Program-made: the position numbers and the translations under genes
DNA from: Sulfurospirillaceae bacterium
GTDB lineage: Bacteria; Campylobacterota; Campylobacteria; Campylobacterales; Sulfurospirillaceae
DNA: 64,000 bases
Reading direction: 5' to 3'
Assembly: GCA_033723415.1 (NCBI GenBank)
Contig: JAWVXD010000001.1
Span: 192,001 to 256,000, forward strand
Notes under the pieces: generated by a model
Told to the model about the DNA's origin: nothing
Databases searched by the model: none
The model's input: the letters and a program-made list of their open reading frames with translations, nothing else
Part shown: positions 30,414 to 41,286 of the stretch, piece by piece
Layout: each line of letters begins with the position of its first letter
How positions within the stretch are numbered: the first letter of the stretch is position 1

Positions 30414-31313
30414 TTATTCCAAATCATAACCTAATTTCTTTAAAATATCTTTATTTTGGCTCCATCCAGGTTTTACTGTGACATATAACTTTAGGTAAAC
30501 TTTCTTGTTTGCAATCTTTTCTATTTGATTTCTCGCAAAGCTGCCTATTCTCCTTAGAGTTTGCCCATCTTTACCTATTAGAACACCTTTCTGACTCTTC
30601 TTTTCTACTATAATACTAGCATTGATAATTTCAATATCTTCTCTTTCTTCTACCTTTTCAACAACAACATCGGCGAAATATGGAATTTCTTCACTTGTAT
30701 TGTTGAAAATCGATTCTCTTATATATTCTTTGTATATATCTCTCATATTTTCTGTAGTTAATATATCAGGATCATATAAGTAAGGATGTACAGGAAGATA
30801 TTTTGATATCTCCTCTAAAATATACTCTTGTTTGACTCCTTTTTTGATAGAAACCGGGATTAAAGAAGAGAATTTATCCTGGTATTTACTAAATTCTTCA
30901 ATTTTTTTCAAAACTTGGGCATTACTCACATTGTCTACTTTTGTTAAGAGTACAAAATGAGGAATTTCTTTTTTATTCTTTTCTAGAAAATCGACATAAT
31001 AATCAAGTTTGTCCGTAACAGGAGATAAAAACAAGATCAGGTCGCAATCTCCCATAGCTTTTAATGCTTCGTCCATCATAAATTTGTTCAAGAGTCTTTC
31101 TTTCTCATGTAAACCAGGAGTATCAATAAATATGATCTGTGAATTTTCATGCAAAGCTATTATTTTAGATCTTCTTCTCGTGGCGTTAGCTTTGTGAGAG
31201 ACCAATGCAATTTTTTCTCCCACAAGCCAATTTAGAAGTGAGCTTTTCCCGGCGTTTGGTCTTCCTATTACCGAAACAAAGCCAGATCTTGTTTCTGTTG
31301 TATTTTTAGGCAT
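30414..31313 (-). CDS. era: GTPase Era
   Basis: GRPNAGKS, DTPG, TKVD, EEIPY and KH domain (LIGKDG). Confidence 0.96.
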   Translation of the reverse strand: MPKNTTETRSGFVSVIGRPNAGKSSLLNWLVGEKIALVSHKANATRRRSKIIALHENSQIIFIDTPGLHEKERLLNKFMMDEALKAMGDCDLILFLSPVTDKLDYYVDFLEKNKKEIPHFVLLTKVDNVSNAQVLKKIEEFSKYQDKFSSLIPVSIKKGVKQEYILEEISKYLPVHPYLYDPDILTTENMRDIYKEYIRESIFNNTSEEIPYFADVVVEKVEEREDIEIINASIIVEKKSQKGVLIGKDGQTLRRIGSFARNQIEKIANKKVYLKLYVTVKPGWSQNKDILKKLGYDLE

Positions 31314-32638
31314 TATAGAATATACCTGCTACTATCTTCATCCTCAACTATCGCGTCAAGTTTTTCATGAACCAATGAAGCAGTAACTATTATCTCTTGA
31401 CCAGCAAATTCATCTGCACTGTAGCTAATGTCTTCTATGACTTTTTCTACTACCGTATGTAGTCTTCTAGCTCCAATATCTTCTGTTTTTTCGTTTGTAA
31501 TTTGTGAAATTTTTGCTATTGCTTTTATTGCATCATCTTCAAATGTCAACTTAACACCTTCTGTATTTAACAATTCTTGATACTGCTTTAATAGAGAATT
31601 CTTAGGCTGAGTCAATATTTTATAAAGGATATCTTCGCTTAAAGAGTTTAGCTCGACTCTTAGAGGAAATCTTCCTTGAAGTTCCGGAATTAAATCGCTA
31701 GGTTTACTTAGATGAAAAGCGCCTGCTGCTATGAAAAGTATGTGGTCTGTTTTGATCGTTCCATATTTTGTATTTACGTCGCTTCCCTCTACGATTGGCA
31801 GTAAATCTCGTTGCACACCTTCTTTACTAGGATCACTTCTATTTGAAGAATGTGAACTAACGGCAACTTTATCAATTTCATCTACAAAAATAATACCGCC
31901 GTTTTCTGCTCGGTCTTTTGCTTCGACTTTTATAGCTTCAAAATCCAAAAGTTTTTCACTCGCTTCATGCCTGAGTGCTTCTTTTGCATCTTTGACTTTT
32001 ACCGTCTTTTTGATGTTTTTTTGATTTGAACCTAAAATTTTAACAAAAGACTCTTGCACTTTTATGATTTCTGGAGGAAGCGATGAGTCTGACATATCAC
32101 TGCTGCTGTTTGACATTTCAATTTCAATTTCAAGATCATCAAGCTCATTGTCTTTAAATTTTTGGCGCATTTTTTCATAACTTCTTTGATAATCACTTTT
32201 TTTCTCTTCACTAGCACCTTTTGGAAGAGGAGGCAATAATTTTTCTATAATTTCTTTCTCAACATGCAAATCAATATCTTCTTTATTCTTTTCTCTATGT
32301 TGCGCTTTGACAAGGTTATATGAGGCTAACATTAAATCTCTTACCATTGATTCTACATCTCTTCCCACAAATCCAACTTCAGTATATTTACTAGCTTCAA
32401 CTTTTACAAACGGTAAACCCATCATTTTAGCCATTCTTCTTGCTATCTCAGTTTTACCGACTCCTGTTGAACCTATCATCAAAATATTTTTAGGCATTAC
32501 TTCTTCTTGCATCTCTTTGCCTAGCTGAAGTCTTCTATATCTATTTCTTAGAGCTATTGCTATGGATTTTTTAGCTTCAAATTGTCCTATAATATATTCA
32601 TCAAGATAATTGACTATCTCTTTTGGTTTTAAATTCAT
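31313..32638 (-). CDS. hslU: ATP-dependent protease ATPase subunit HslU
   Basis: PKNILMIGSTGVGKTEIARR, DEIDK, GARRLHT; start MNLKPKEIV at 32638. Confidence 0.97.
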   Translation of the reverse strand: MNLKPKEIVNYLDEYIIGQFEAKKSIAIALRNRYRRLQLGKEMQEEVMPKNILMIGSTGVGKTEIARRMAKMMGLPFVKVEASKYTEVGFVGRDVESMVRDLMLASYNLVKAQHREKNKEDIDLHVEKEIIEKLLPPLPKGASEEKKSDYQRSYEKMRQKFKDNELDDLEIEIEMSNSSSDMSDSSLPPEIIKVQESFVKILGSNQKNIKKTVKVKDAKEALRHEASEKLLDFEAIKVEAKDRAENGGIIFVDEIDKVAVSSHSSNRSDPSKEGVQRDLLPIVEGSDVNTKYGTIKTDHILFIAAGAFHLSKPSDLIPELQGRFPLRVELNSLSEDILYKILTQPKNSLLKQYQELLNTEGVKLTFEDDAIKAIAKISQITNEKTEDIGARRLHTVVEKVIEDISYSADEFAGQEIIVTASLVHEKLDAIVEDEDSSRYIL

Positions 32639-32640
32639 CT

Positions 32641-33180
32641 TTATTCGTCCTCTAGCGAAAATATTTTTATGTTTGAATTTGTATAAATACAAAGTTCTCC
32701 TGCGATCTTCAAGCTTTCTTTTACTAGTGCTTCTTCATCAAGATCAGAGTGTTTATTCAGTGCTCTTGCAGCCGATATTGCAAAATTACCGCCACTACCT
32801 ATTGCGGCGATTTTTCCGTCTTCTGGTTCAACTACATCTCCTGTGCCTGTCAATATAAATATATGTTTAGTGTTAAGCACTATCATCATGGCTTCCAATC
32901 TACGAAGCATCTTGTCTTTTCTCCACTCTTTTGAAAATTCTATGACAGATTTATATAAATCGCCTTTTTTCTGTTCAAGAATTCCCTCAAACATATCAAA
33001 AAGATTAAAAGCATCAGCGGTACTTCCTGCAAAACCGGCAAGAACTTTACCATTGTGTAATTTTCTAATTTTTGTTGCATTGCTTTTAAGTACACTGTTT
33101 CCAAATGTTACTTGTCCATCACCGCCTATGACTGCTTTTTTGTCTCCACGACATGCTAATATGGTAGTTGCTTCAAACAT
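32641..33180 (-). CDS. hslV: ATP-dependent protease subunit HslV
   Basis: ATTI N-terminal nucleophile, GDGQVT, AIGSGG. Confidence 0.97.
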   Translation of the reverse strand: MFEATTILACRGDKKAVIGGDGQVTFGNSVLKSNATKIRKLHNGKVLAGFAGSTADAFNLFDMFEGILEQKKGDLYKSVIEFSKEWRKDKMLRRLEAMMIVLNTKHIFILTGTGDVVEPEDGKIAAIGSGGNFAISAARALNKHSDLDEEALVKESLKIAGELCIYTNSNIKIFSLEDE

Positions 33181-33189
33181 TTTATCTGC

Positions 33190-33636
33190 TTACTCCCCGA
33201 TAATTTCTAAAGTTAAATTTGCATGTATCCCATGACCTAGTTTTGCTGAAATTGAAAATTCGCCTGTAGCTTTTATGGCTTTGTCTATCTCAATATGTTT
33301 TTTGTCTATTTCTATGTTAAATTGGCTTAACAGTTCATGAGATATTTCATCTTTTGTGACTGCCCCGAAAAGGCTTCCGTTTGCGCCGAGTTTCCTAGTT
33401 ATGACTAGTTTTGTATCCGCTAATTCTTTTTCGAGTTTTTTTAGATTTTTAATTTCTTCAATTTCTTCTTCTTCTTTTCTCTTCTTATCAGCTTCATATT
33501 TTCTCAATACTTCGTTTGTAGCATGAAGAGCCAATCCTTTTCCAATTAAAAAATTTCTTCCGTAACCGTCTTTTACTTCTTTTATCTCACCTTTTTTACC
33601 AAGTGATTTTACATCTTTTATCAATAAGACTTTCAT
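33190..33636 (-). CDS. rplI: 50S ribosomal protein L9
   Basis: [36 protein letters not shown]. Confidence 0.97.
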   Translation of the reverse strand: MKVLLIKDVKSLGKKGEIKEVKDGYGRNFLIGKGLALHATNEVLRKYEADKKRKEEEEIEEIKNLKKLEKELADTKLVITRKLGANGSLFGAVTKDEISHELLSQFNIEIDKKHIEIDKAIKATGEFSISAKLGHGIHANLTLEIIGE

Positions 33637-33663
33637 ATAGTTTCTCCTTAATATTATGTTATT

Positions 33664-34059
33664 TTATAATTTATTCGGTATCCTTGCATTTCTGCTTGTA
33701 TCACCTCTATAAGAGTATATACCATCACTTAAATGTGCTATTTTTGTAAAGCCCATTTGTTGCTTTAAAACACCTAATACATATGATGTTCTACTGCCTG
33801 TTCTGCAATACAAAACGATATGCTTGTCTTTTAACTTTTCCAACTCATCTATATGCTGATTCAGTGTTGTTGTAGGAAACAATAGATCCGTGCCATTTAT
33901 ACTTTGGTCAGTGTACTCAAATATTTCTCTTATATCTATCAATAAAAAATCAAATTCATTATTTTTTCTAAATTCCAAAAGTTCTTTTAAATCTTCACTG
34001 CTAGCTTCTGACGAGGAAAATACTCTTTCCTTTATTGATTCTAAATTACTTGTTTTCAT
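33664..34059 (-). CDS. Rhodanese-like domain protein
   Basis: LIDIRE..EY and LYCRTGSR active-site loop. Confidence 0.85.
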   Translation of the reverse strand: MKTSNLESIKERVFSSSEASSEDLKELLEFRKNNEFDFLLIDIREIFEYTDQSINGTDLLFPTTTLNQHIDELEKLKDKHIVLYCRTGSRTSYVLGVLKQQMGFTKIAHLSDGIYSYRGDTSRNARIPNKL

Positions 34060-35275
34060 GTCTTTTTTTATTCTTTCCGCTTATTATAAATCTTAATGCA
34101 TTTAGTTTTATAAAACCTGCTGCATCTTTTTGATCGTATACTTCGTCTTCTTCAAATGTACAAAACTCTGCATTAAAAAGATTGTCTTTCTCTGAGCTTC
34201 TGCCGATTACTGTGACATTACCTTTATAAAGTTCCAATCTAACTTTTCCATTTACATTCTCTTGAGATTTATCGATCGCTGCTTGCATCATCTCTCTCTC
34301 AGGAGAAAACCAAAATCCATTGTATACTGTTGTAGCATAACGAGGCATTAATTCGTCTTTAAAGTGTGCGGCTTCTCTATCAAGAGTTATACTTTCTATA
34401 GCGCGATGAGCCTTTAGCATTATAGTTCCGCCAGGAGTTTCATAGCAACCTCTACTTTTCATACCTACAAAGCGATTTTCAACTATATCGATTCTACCTA
34501 CACCGTGTTTTCCACCTATTTCATTTAGTGTTGCAAGCATTTTAGCAGGAGTTAATCTTTCTCCGTTTAACGCAACCGGATCACCTTTTTCATAGTCTAT
34601 CTCGATAGTCTCAGCAGTGTCTGGCGCATTTTTTGGGCTGACTGTCCATCTCCACATATCATCTTCAGGTTTTGCATCAGGATCTTCTAAAACTAAGCCT
34701 TCATATGAAATATGCAATAGATTTGCGTCCATTGAATATGGTGATTTATTTCCTTTTTTTTCTATCTGAATATCGTGCTTTCTAGCATATGCCAAAAGTT
34801 TTTCTCTAGAGTTCAAATCCCATTCTCTCCAAGGAGCTATGATAGTTAGATCAGAATTCATACTTAAATATCCAAGTTCAAATCGTACTTGGTCATTTCC
34901 TTTTCCTGTTGCTCCGTGACTGACTGCATCCGCACCGGTTAAACTTGCTATTTGAGCTTGTCTTTTTGCTATAAGAGGTCGGGCTATAGAAGTGCCTAAA
35001 AGGTATTCTCCTTCATAAATAGTATTTGCTCTAAACATTGGAAATACATAATCTCTTACAAATTCTTCTTTTAAATCTTCAATAAAAATATTTTCCGGTT
35101 TTATCCCTAGCTGCAGAGCTTTTTTTCTAGCCGGCTCTAATTCTTCGCCTTGACCGATATCGGCAGTAAAAGTTACGACTTCACAGTTGAATTCGTCTTG
35201 CAGCCATTTTAAAATAATACTGGTATCCAATCCTCCAGAATATGCTAAAACAACTTTCTTGACATCTTTCTTCAT
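34046..35275 (-). CDS. argG: Argininosuccinate synthase
   Basis: [35 protein letters not shown]. Confidence 0.97.
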   Translation of the reverse strand: MKKDVKKVVLAYSGGLDTSIILKWLQDEFNCEVVTFTADIGQGEELEPARKKALQLGIKPENIFIEDLKEEFVRDYVFPMFRANTIYEGEYLLGTSIARPLIAKRQAQIASLTGADAVSHGATGKGNDQVRFELGYLSMNSDLTIIAPWREWDLNSREKLLAYARKHDIQIEKKGNKSPYSMDANLLHISYEGLVLEDPDAKPEDDMWRWTVSPKNAPDTAETIEIDYEKGDPVALNGERLTPAKMLATLNEIGGKHGVGRIDIVENRFVGMKSRGCYETPGGTIMLKAHRAIESITLDREAAHFKDELMPRYATTVYNGFWFSPEREMMQAAIDKSQENVNGKVRLELYKGNVTVIGRSSEKDNLFNAEFCTFEEDEVYDQKDAAGFIKLNALRFIISGKNKKRHENK

Positions 35276-35462
35276 ATTTTTTTCTCCTTTTGTTTGGGGT
35301 TACCCAACCAAAATTCCTCTCACTAAAGCTTGCCATTTTTATGATCTGATTAAGAAAGTCAAGTTCTTTAAATGAGAAAAATTGTTTAATTTTTAAGTAA
35401 GAGAGTATTTTATCGAAAGATATTGAAAAAGTAGCTTATAGGTTAAGATTTACAAATCGGCT

Positions 35463-35478
35463 AGCAAAAAGCGTTCCA
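35463..35478 (-). promoter_or_regulatory. Sigma-54-type promoter facing argG
   Basis: TGGAACGCTTTTTGCT (GG-N10-GC) on the minus strand. Confidence 0.6.
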
Positions 35479-35542
35479 TAAAATGTAAATTTAAAACTTG
35501 TTTTGATACAATTTGTCAGATTAAGCTGTAAGGGCAGATATT

Positions 35543-35791
35543 TTGAGAATAGATAAATTTTTAAATAGTGTAAATATAACCAAAAGAAGAGCAATTTCGG
35601 AAGATATGTGTAAAAGTGGCGTCATAAGCATAAATGACACTGTAGTCAAACCTGCAAAGATAGTCAAAATCGGAGATATTATCAGTATCAAATATCTTGA
35701 TAAAATAGTAAAGTATGAAGTCTTGCAAATTCCACAGACAAAGACCATACCCAAAAGTGCTCAAAGCGAATATGTAAAAATAATAAATTAG
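35543..35791 (+). CDS. S4 domain RNA-binding protein (RqcP/Hsp15-like)
   Basis: MRIDKFL..KRR, VKPAKIVKIGD; TTG start. Confidence 0.85.
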   Translation: MRIDKFLNSVNITKRRAISEDMCKSGVISINDTVVKPAKIVKIGDIISIKYLDKIVKYEVLQIPQTKTIPKSAQSEYVKIIN

Positions 35792-35801
35792 AGGATCAGA
35801 G

Positions 35802-36782
35802 ATGTTTGAGGTAGCCAAAGAGAATTTTCAAAAAATTTTCAAAAATGAGATAAGTCAGGATGAAGCAAGAAAATATTTGATCGAGCTATATAAAAGAGGT
35901 GAAACTGCAGAAGAGATCGCTGCAGCAACCGAAGTCATGAGAGAACATTCGATAAAACTGATTATCTCTGAAGCTTTGAGGGAAAAACTTATTGATATTG
36001 TAGGAACAGGTGGAGATAAAAGTAACAGTTTTAATATCTCAAGCACAGTATCACTTCTTCTCCCTACTTTTGGATGCTCTGTAGCGAAACATGGGAATAG
36101 AGCGATCACAAGTAAATCAGGTAGTGCAGATATGCTTGAAGCTCTTGGAATAAACCTAAATCTAGATACAACAAAGCAGGTTAAAATGTTAGGAGAAAGT
36201 GGCTTTACATTTTTATTTGCAATCAATCATCACCCTGCAATGAAGTATATTATGCCCCTAAGAAAAAGTATAGAACATAGAAGTATATTCAATATATTAG
36301 GTCCGCTTACAAATCCGGCAGGCGCTAGAAAGTACTTGATAGGTGTATTTAGCGATGAATTTCTAAACAGGATTATAGTCGGTTTGAGCATGTTGGATAC
36401 AAAAAGCGCAGTGGCGGTAAGCAGCAGAGACAAGATGGATGAGATAAGTATTTCAGACATAACTTATGCAACCATTTTAAAAGACAATAGAACTAGAGAT
36501 TTTATAATAGATCCGCAAGAATTTGGTATAAAATTGGCTCCCAAAGAAGCTATAATAGGTGGAAGTGCGAAGGATAATGCTAAGATCACATATTCGATTT
36601 TGAAAGGTGAAGAAAAAGGAGCTAAGAGAGATATAGTATTGTTAAATACAGCTATGGCGCTTGTCGTGGATGATAAAGCAAGAGATATCCAAGAAGGCTT
36701 AGAGATGGCTAGAGACTCTATAGAGAGTAAAAAAGCCTTTAAAAAATTAGAAGAGATCATTAAGGTTTCAAACACGATATGA
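35802..36782 (+). CDS. trpD: Anthranilate phosphoribosyltransferase
   Basis: DIVGTGGD, FNISS, KHGNR..SKSGSAD, FNILGPLTNPA. Confidence 0.95.
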   Translation: MFEVAKENFQKIFKNEISQDEARKYLIELYKRGETAEEIAAATEVMREHSIKLIISEALREKLIDIVGTGGDKSNSFNISSTVSLLLPTFGCSVAKHGNRAITSKSGSADMLEALGINLNLDTTKQVKMLGESGFTFLFAINHHPAMKYIMPLRKSIEHRSIFNILGPLTNPAGARKYLIGVFSDEFLNRIIVGLSMLDTKSAVAVSSRDKMDEISISDITYATILKDNRTRDFIIDPQEFGIKLAPKEAIIGGSAKDNAKITYSILKGEEKGAKRDIVLLNTAMALVVDDKARDIQEGLEMARDSIESKKAFKKLEEIIKVSNTI

Positions 36783-37198
36783 AAGTGCTAGAAAAAAGTT
36801 CTTCTTTGAATGATTTAGAAAATTTTGTATCTGAGGTACATGATTTTTTGGGTGGCTGCAGAATTATCCTGTTAAAAGGAGACTTAGCAAGCGGAAAGAC
36901 TACTTTTGTGCAAAAATTTGCACAGCATTTAGGCATAGATGTTGATGTGACTTCTCCAACTTTTTCTGTTCAAAATGAATATGATAAAAAACTATATCAT
37001 TATGATATCTATCAAAATGGAGTTAGTGGATTTATAGCACAGGGACTTTTAGAAGAGTTGGATAAAAACGGTTGGCATATGATAGAGTGGGGGGATGAAA
37101 AAATGGAAAAGATCCTGGATTCTTATTTTATTGATTATGCGATTATTGAGATAACAAAATTAGACCAAAAAACGAGGAAATATAAGTGCATACATTAA
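36779..37198 (+). CDS. tsaE: tRNA t6A biosynthesis ATPase TsaE
   Basis: [22 protein letters not shown]. Confidence 0.93.
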   Translation: MKVLEKSSSLNDLENFVSEVHDFLGGCRIILLKGDLASGKTTFVQKFAQHLGIDVDVTSPTFSVQNEYDKKLYHYDIYQNGVSGFIAQGLLEELDKNGWHMIEWGDEKMEKILDSYFIDYAIIEITKLDQKTRKYKCIH

Positions 37199-37908
37199 AA
37201 GCTGACAAGCTTATAAAATCAGTGAAAAATACAAAAATTATAAATGAAGTATCATTGGAAGTAAAAAGTGGTGAAGTAGTGGGACTTCTAGGACCAAACG
37301 GCGCCGGTAAGACAACGATGTTTTATATGATATGCGGGATTATACCACCGGATAGCGGTGATATTTATCTGGATAACAAAAATATAACAAAAATGCCGAT
37401 GCACAAAAGATCAAAAGAAGGGATAGGCTACCTTCCTCAAGAATCTAGTATCTTCAAAGAACTAAGCGTAGAAGAAAATCTAATGTTGGCAGCAGAGATC
37501 GTCGGAGAAGGGCATGAAGAAATAGAAGAGAGAGTAGAAAAGCTTTTGGAGCTTTTAAATATTGAACCTATCAGAAATAGAAAAGGTATAAGTTTAAGCG
37601 GTGGAGAACGAAGGAGATGTGAAATCGCTAGATCTTTGGCAAATCATCCAAAGTTCTTATTACTTGATGAACCTTTTGCCGGTGTTGATCCTATAGCGGT
37701 GGCTGACATACAAGCGATAGTGAAGGATTTAGTAAAATTTAATATAGGTGTTCTGATAACAGATCACAATGTAAGGGAAACTCTAGGTATCTGCGATCGA
37801 GCTTATGTCATGAAAGACGGTTTACTGCTTGCCAGCGGAAATGCAGAAGATGTTGCAAATAATAAATTGGTCAAGACACATTATCTCGGAGAAGATTTTA
37901 AATTTTAA
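37186..37908 (+). CDS. lptB: LPS export ABC transporter ATPase LptB
   Basis: [45 protein letters not shown]. Confidence 0.95.
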   Translation: MHTLKADKLIKSVKNTKIINEVSLEVKSGEVVGLLGPNGAGKTTMFYMICGIIPPDSGDIYLDNKNITKMPMHKRSKEGIGYLPQESSIFKELSVEENLMLAAEIVGEGHEEIEERVEKLLELLNIEPIRNRKGISLSGGERRRCEIARSLANHPKFLLLDEPFAGVDPIAVADIQAIVKDLVKFNIGVLITDHNVRETLGICDRAYVMKDGLLLASGNAEDVANNKLVKTHYLGEDFKF

Positions 37909-37923
37909 AAAAGGCACTTTATA

Positions 37924-39198
37924 GTGAAATTAAGAGCAAAGACTGAACTTTCCACTAAACAAAAACTTTCTTCTACATTAAGAAGTTGGTTGCCAATTCT
38001 ACAATCTGATTTAGAGTCTTTGCAAGAAGTGTTGGAGCCATTTACTAAAGAGAATCCATTCATAGAGATTAAAGCAGGACATGAAAAAACTACAAAAGAG
38101 TATGAGAAAAAAAGTTTTTTTCAGCAAGCCGCAAAAGAATCTGTATCTAGTGTTATAGAAGCTCTGACTGTTGATAAAAAATCTCTTTACGATATTTTAT
38201 ATGAACAGATCAATCCTCCTTTATTCCCAACCTTGAAATCTCAGCAAATAGCTTATGACATTATAGAAAATCTTGATCATGAGGGTTATTTTGAGTCAGA
38301 TTCGATAACTGCTATATCAAAGAAAAACGGTTGTAATATAGATACCATAGAAAAGATCAGAAAAAGATTTGCATATTTGTCTCCATCAGGTGTTGGAGCA
38401 GTGGACTTTAAAGAATCATTCATATTTCAACTGGATGAGCTTGAAACTGATGATAAAACGTATGAGTTGGTTTATAAGATCATAGAAAATTTCGAAGCTG
38501 CAGAATCATTTGCCGGTGAACCTAACTTTAACAATGCACTAAAAATTTTGAAAAAATTTAAAAATCCTCCGGCGATAGAATATCTAGAAGAAAATAAAGT
38601 AATCATTCCAGATATCTTTATCTTTAATATTGGCGGAAATATCGAAGTCAAGTTAAACGATGCATATTATCCGGATATCATCCTAGATACTTCCGGACTT
38701 GATGATAAACAAGAGTTTGTATCAAAAAAGATCAAAGAGGCAAAAGATCTTATAGACGCTCTTGAGATGAGAAAAGCCACACTTTATAAAATTGGTTTGT
38801 TGATAGTTGAGTATCAGTATGATTTCTTTTTCGGAGCAGCAATAAAGCCTATGAAACTTAAAGATTTGGCGACTGAATTAAACAGAAATCAGTCAACGAT
38901 ATCAAGAGCAATATCCGGTAAGTACATATCTTGCGATAGAGGTGTTATCCCTCTTAAACATTTTTTTGCTACTGCCGTTGAAGAAAATCTGTCCAACAGT
39001 GCAATCAAGGATTATATGTGTGAACTTGTCAAATATGAAGATCACAAAAAACCTCTAAGCGATATGAAACTTTTAGAAGCTATAGAAAATAAATTTGGAA
39101 TAAAAATAGTAAGAAGGACGATCACAAAATATAGACAACAATTTAATATCGCAGGTTCATCCGAGCGTAAGAAACTGTATGCTTTAAAATATCTTTGA
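37924..39198 (+). CDS. rpoN: RNA polymerase sigma-54 factor
   Basis: STISRA HTH and RpoN box VRRTITKYR. Confidence 0.95.
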   Translation: MKLRAKTELSTKQKLSSTLRSWLPILQSDLESLQEVLEPFTKENPFIEIKAGHEKTTKEYEKKSFFQQAAKESVSSVIEALTVDKKSLYDILYEQINPPLFPTLKSQQIAYDIIENLDHEGYFESDSITAISKKNGCNIDTIEKIRKRFAYLSPSGVGAVDFKESFIFQLDELETDDKTYELVYKIIENFEAAESFAGEPNFNNALKILKKFKNPPAIEYLEENKVIIPDIFIFNIGGNIEVKLNDAYYPDIILDTSGLDDKQEFVSKKIKEAKDLIDALEMRKATLYKIGLLIVEYQYDFFFGAAIKPMKLKDLATELNRNQSTISRAISGKYISCDRGVIPLKHFFATAVEENLSNSAIKDYMCELVKYEDHKKPLSDMKLLEAIENKFGIKIVRRTITKYRQQFNIAGSSERKKLYALKYL

Positions 39199-39201
39199 TT
39201 C

Positions 39202-40044
39202 CTACGCTACAAAAAGATTCTTTCGTTCATGTTCAAAGTGCATCTTGATGATTTTATAAGCATTTTGAATATTGTAGAATTTTTTTGTATAGCATTTATT
39301 GAGGAAAGTGCTTGTAGAGTTTAGAGTATCGGGATGATATCTTTTTACTAGCTTCAAATATTTTTGTCTGATTGTTTTAAAACTGTCTTTTTTTGTACAA
39401 CCCAAAACCTTGTAATGCTCTTCTAGAATTTGAAACAAGGAGTTATTGATTAGATCATTGTGTTCTTTGTTCTCTAAAAAAACTTTATAACCTTCATATT
39501 GGTTTTTATCATAATTAAATTCTATAAAAGAGCCAAGTAGCTCTTTTTGTTCTAGTAACTTTTCGAGTAACCGAGCAGTTCTTGAAGAGTACGGTTCTAT
39601 ATTTAAAGTTTTATCTTTACTTGAATAGTGCGATATATGATTTTTAAAATAATTTCTCAAATAGCTGATCAAGATCGTATTATTAGTGTCTAATTTAAAT
39701 GTCATTGTGTAGTCATCTTCAATATTTATATCTATGTTGACACATTGTAGTATCTGGTTTGACTTTATCAGAGAGATCTTGATGTTCTTGTCGTAAGAGT
39801 TTTTGATATTTTCAACTTCGCTGTTTTTTGGTTTCTGGCTTTGAGAAGCGTATATCTTGCTAATCAATTTTAAAAAATATCTTCTTTGTACGCTTTCTTC
39901 ATCTTGTTTAAATATAATGATCTTAGATTTTTTGCCTATTTTTTTAGAAAAGTTCTTTTCTGCAAGGTTTTGAAGAAAATAAAAAGTTTTAGCATCTTCT
40001 TCTATATCGATTGTTATTAGTCCATGCGAATATGAGATTTGCAT
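39202..40044 (-). CDS. C-terminal J-domain protein (C. jejuni Cj1034c/FedC-like)
   Basis: C-terminal J domain with YHPD; QRRYFLK motif; ATG at 40044 follows an AAGGAA SD. Confidence 0.75.
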   Translation of the reverse strand: MQISYSHGLITIDIEEDAKTFYFLQNLAEKNFSKKIGKKSKIIIFKQDEESVQRRYFLKLISKIYASQSQKPKNSEVENIKNSYDKNIKISLIKSNQILQCVNIDINIEDDYTMTFKLDTNNTILISYLRNYFKNHISHYSSKDKTLNIEPYSSRTARLLEKLLEQKELLGSFIEFNYDKNQYEGYKVFLENKEHNDLINNSLFQILEEHYKVLGCTKKDSFKTIRQKYLKLVKRYHPDTLNSTSTFLNKCYTKKFYNIQNAYKIIKMHFEHERKNLFVA

Positions 40045-40080
40045 TTGTAGATTCCTTTTTCTTTTTCTTACTCGTTTGTT

Positions 40081-40098
40081 AAGCAATAATTATTCCTA
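40081..40098 (-). promoter_or_regulatory. Sigma-54-type promoter of the J-domain gene
   Basis: TAGGAATAATTATTGCTT (GG-N10-GC) about 40 nt before ATG 40044. Confidence 0.55.
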
Positions 40099-40131
40099 TT
40101 TCATACTTGTTTCATCTTCATCTTTTATAAT
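40099..40131 (+). promoter_or_regulatory. Tandem-repeat regulator box plus -10 (site 1, PepSY-TCS operon)
   Basis: TTTCA-tacttg-TTTCA-N11-TATAAT. Confidence 0.7.
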
Positions 40132-40176
40132 TTCACCAAGCGATAAAAAAATCGCGAATATTAGTAAGGAGATCAC

Positions 40177-40602
40177 ATGAAAAACAATGGATATTTTGTA
40201 AAAAGCATAGTTGCTTTAAGTTTAGTGGGAACATTGGCTATGGCTGAGGGGAATCATGAATCAAACGACTTTAGTGCAAAAGATCTGGGTATAAAAAGTT
40301 CGATTCAAATGAAGAAAGATACTAGCGAAGCTGATGAACGGCAAAGTGCTAAACTTGGCGTAAAAGATGTCATAGGCGCTCTAAATTCTAAATTTTCTGG
40401 TAAGATAACAAATATAAAGCTTGAGAACATTGATGGAAATCTAGTATATACTGCTGAGGTTTTAGGAAATGGTGACACAATCACTAATGTATTCGTAGAT
40501 GCAGGCAATGGGAAGATTTTGACTTCTAAATTAGACAAGAAGGATCATTCTGATGAGCAGGAAAAAAATCAAGAAAATCAACATGAAGATAATGAAGGTT
40601 AG
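40177..40602 (+). CDS. Secreted PepSY domain protein
   Basis: Signal peptide; GKITNIKLEN..LVYTAEV..VFVDAGNGKIL PepSY motif; acidic/His-rich tail. Confidence 0.85.
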   Translation: MKNNGYFVKSIVALSLVGTLAMAEGNHESNDFSAKDLGIKSSIQMKKDTSEADERQSAKLGVKDVIGALNSKFSGKITNIKLENIDGNLVYTAEVLGNGDTITNVFVDAGNGKILTSKLDKKDHSDEQEKNQENQHEDNEG

Positions 40603-40629
40603 ATATTTATATAATCAAGGCAACAGAGC

Positions 40630-41286
40630 ATGAAATTACTCATCATCGAAGATGATTCACATATCCTCTCTTTTTTAAAGAGAGGTTTGCTTGAAGACGG
40701 ATATATAGTGGAGGATTCAATGGATGGAGAAGAAGGGCTGTATATGGCTCTGCATAATAGCTATGATGTTATCGTGCTTGATTGGATGCTACCAGGTAAA
40801 AACGGTATCGAGATCATTGAATCTTTACGTAGTGAAAATATTAAAACTCCTATCATAATGTTGACGGCAAAAGATGATGTCAAAGACCGTGTCAACGGTC
40901 TTAGAAGCGGTGCTGATGATTATCTTCCTAAGCCGTTTTCGTATGAAGAACTTCTTGCACGGATCGAAGCATTACAAAGAAGAAATATTACACAGGGCGG
41001 CAATAACATAGAAGTCGCCGATATTGTGATCAATATAAACACAAAAACAGTCAAAAAAGATGAGAAAATCATAGATTTAACTGCCAAAGAATATGAGTTA
41101 CTGATGTTTTTGATAAAGCATAAAAATTCTACGGTTTCAAACACGATGATAGAAAACGGTCTTTGGGGTAATGAAGAGTATATTAACAGCAATGTGATCC
41201 AAGTGACGGTTTATCATCTTAGAAAAAAAATCGGCAAAAATATTATCAAAAGTTCCAGAGGATTAGGGTATAAAATTGAAATTTAA
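40630..41286 (+). CDS. OmpR-family response regulator
   Basis: IIEDD, VLDWMLP, MLTAKD, GADDYLPKPF; wHTH LTAKEY...RGLGY. Confidence 0.95.
   Translation: MKLLIIEDDSHILSFLKRGLLEDGYIVEDSMDGEEGLYMALHNSYDVIVLDWMLPGKNGIEIIESLRSENIKTPIIMLTAKDDVKDRVNGLRSGADDYLPKPFSYEELLARIEALQRRNITQGGNNIEVADIVININTKTVKKDEKIIDLTAKEYELLMFLIKHKNSTVSNTMIENGLWGNEEYINSNVIQVTVYHLRKKIGKNIIKSSRGLGYKIEI

Noticed and set aside
35181..35336. Out-of-frame upstream ORF overlapping the argG start (minus strand)
   Set aside because: No SD and not an Arg-rich leader peptide; probably chance.
40045..40086. N-terminal extension given by the ORF track for the J-domain gene (similarly for hslU, dnaK, nikO and the transposase-like gene)
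   Set aside because: Downstream starts fit SD or promoter positions and family N-termini better.
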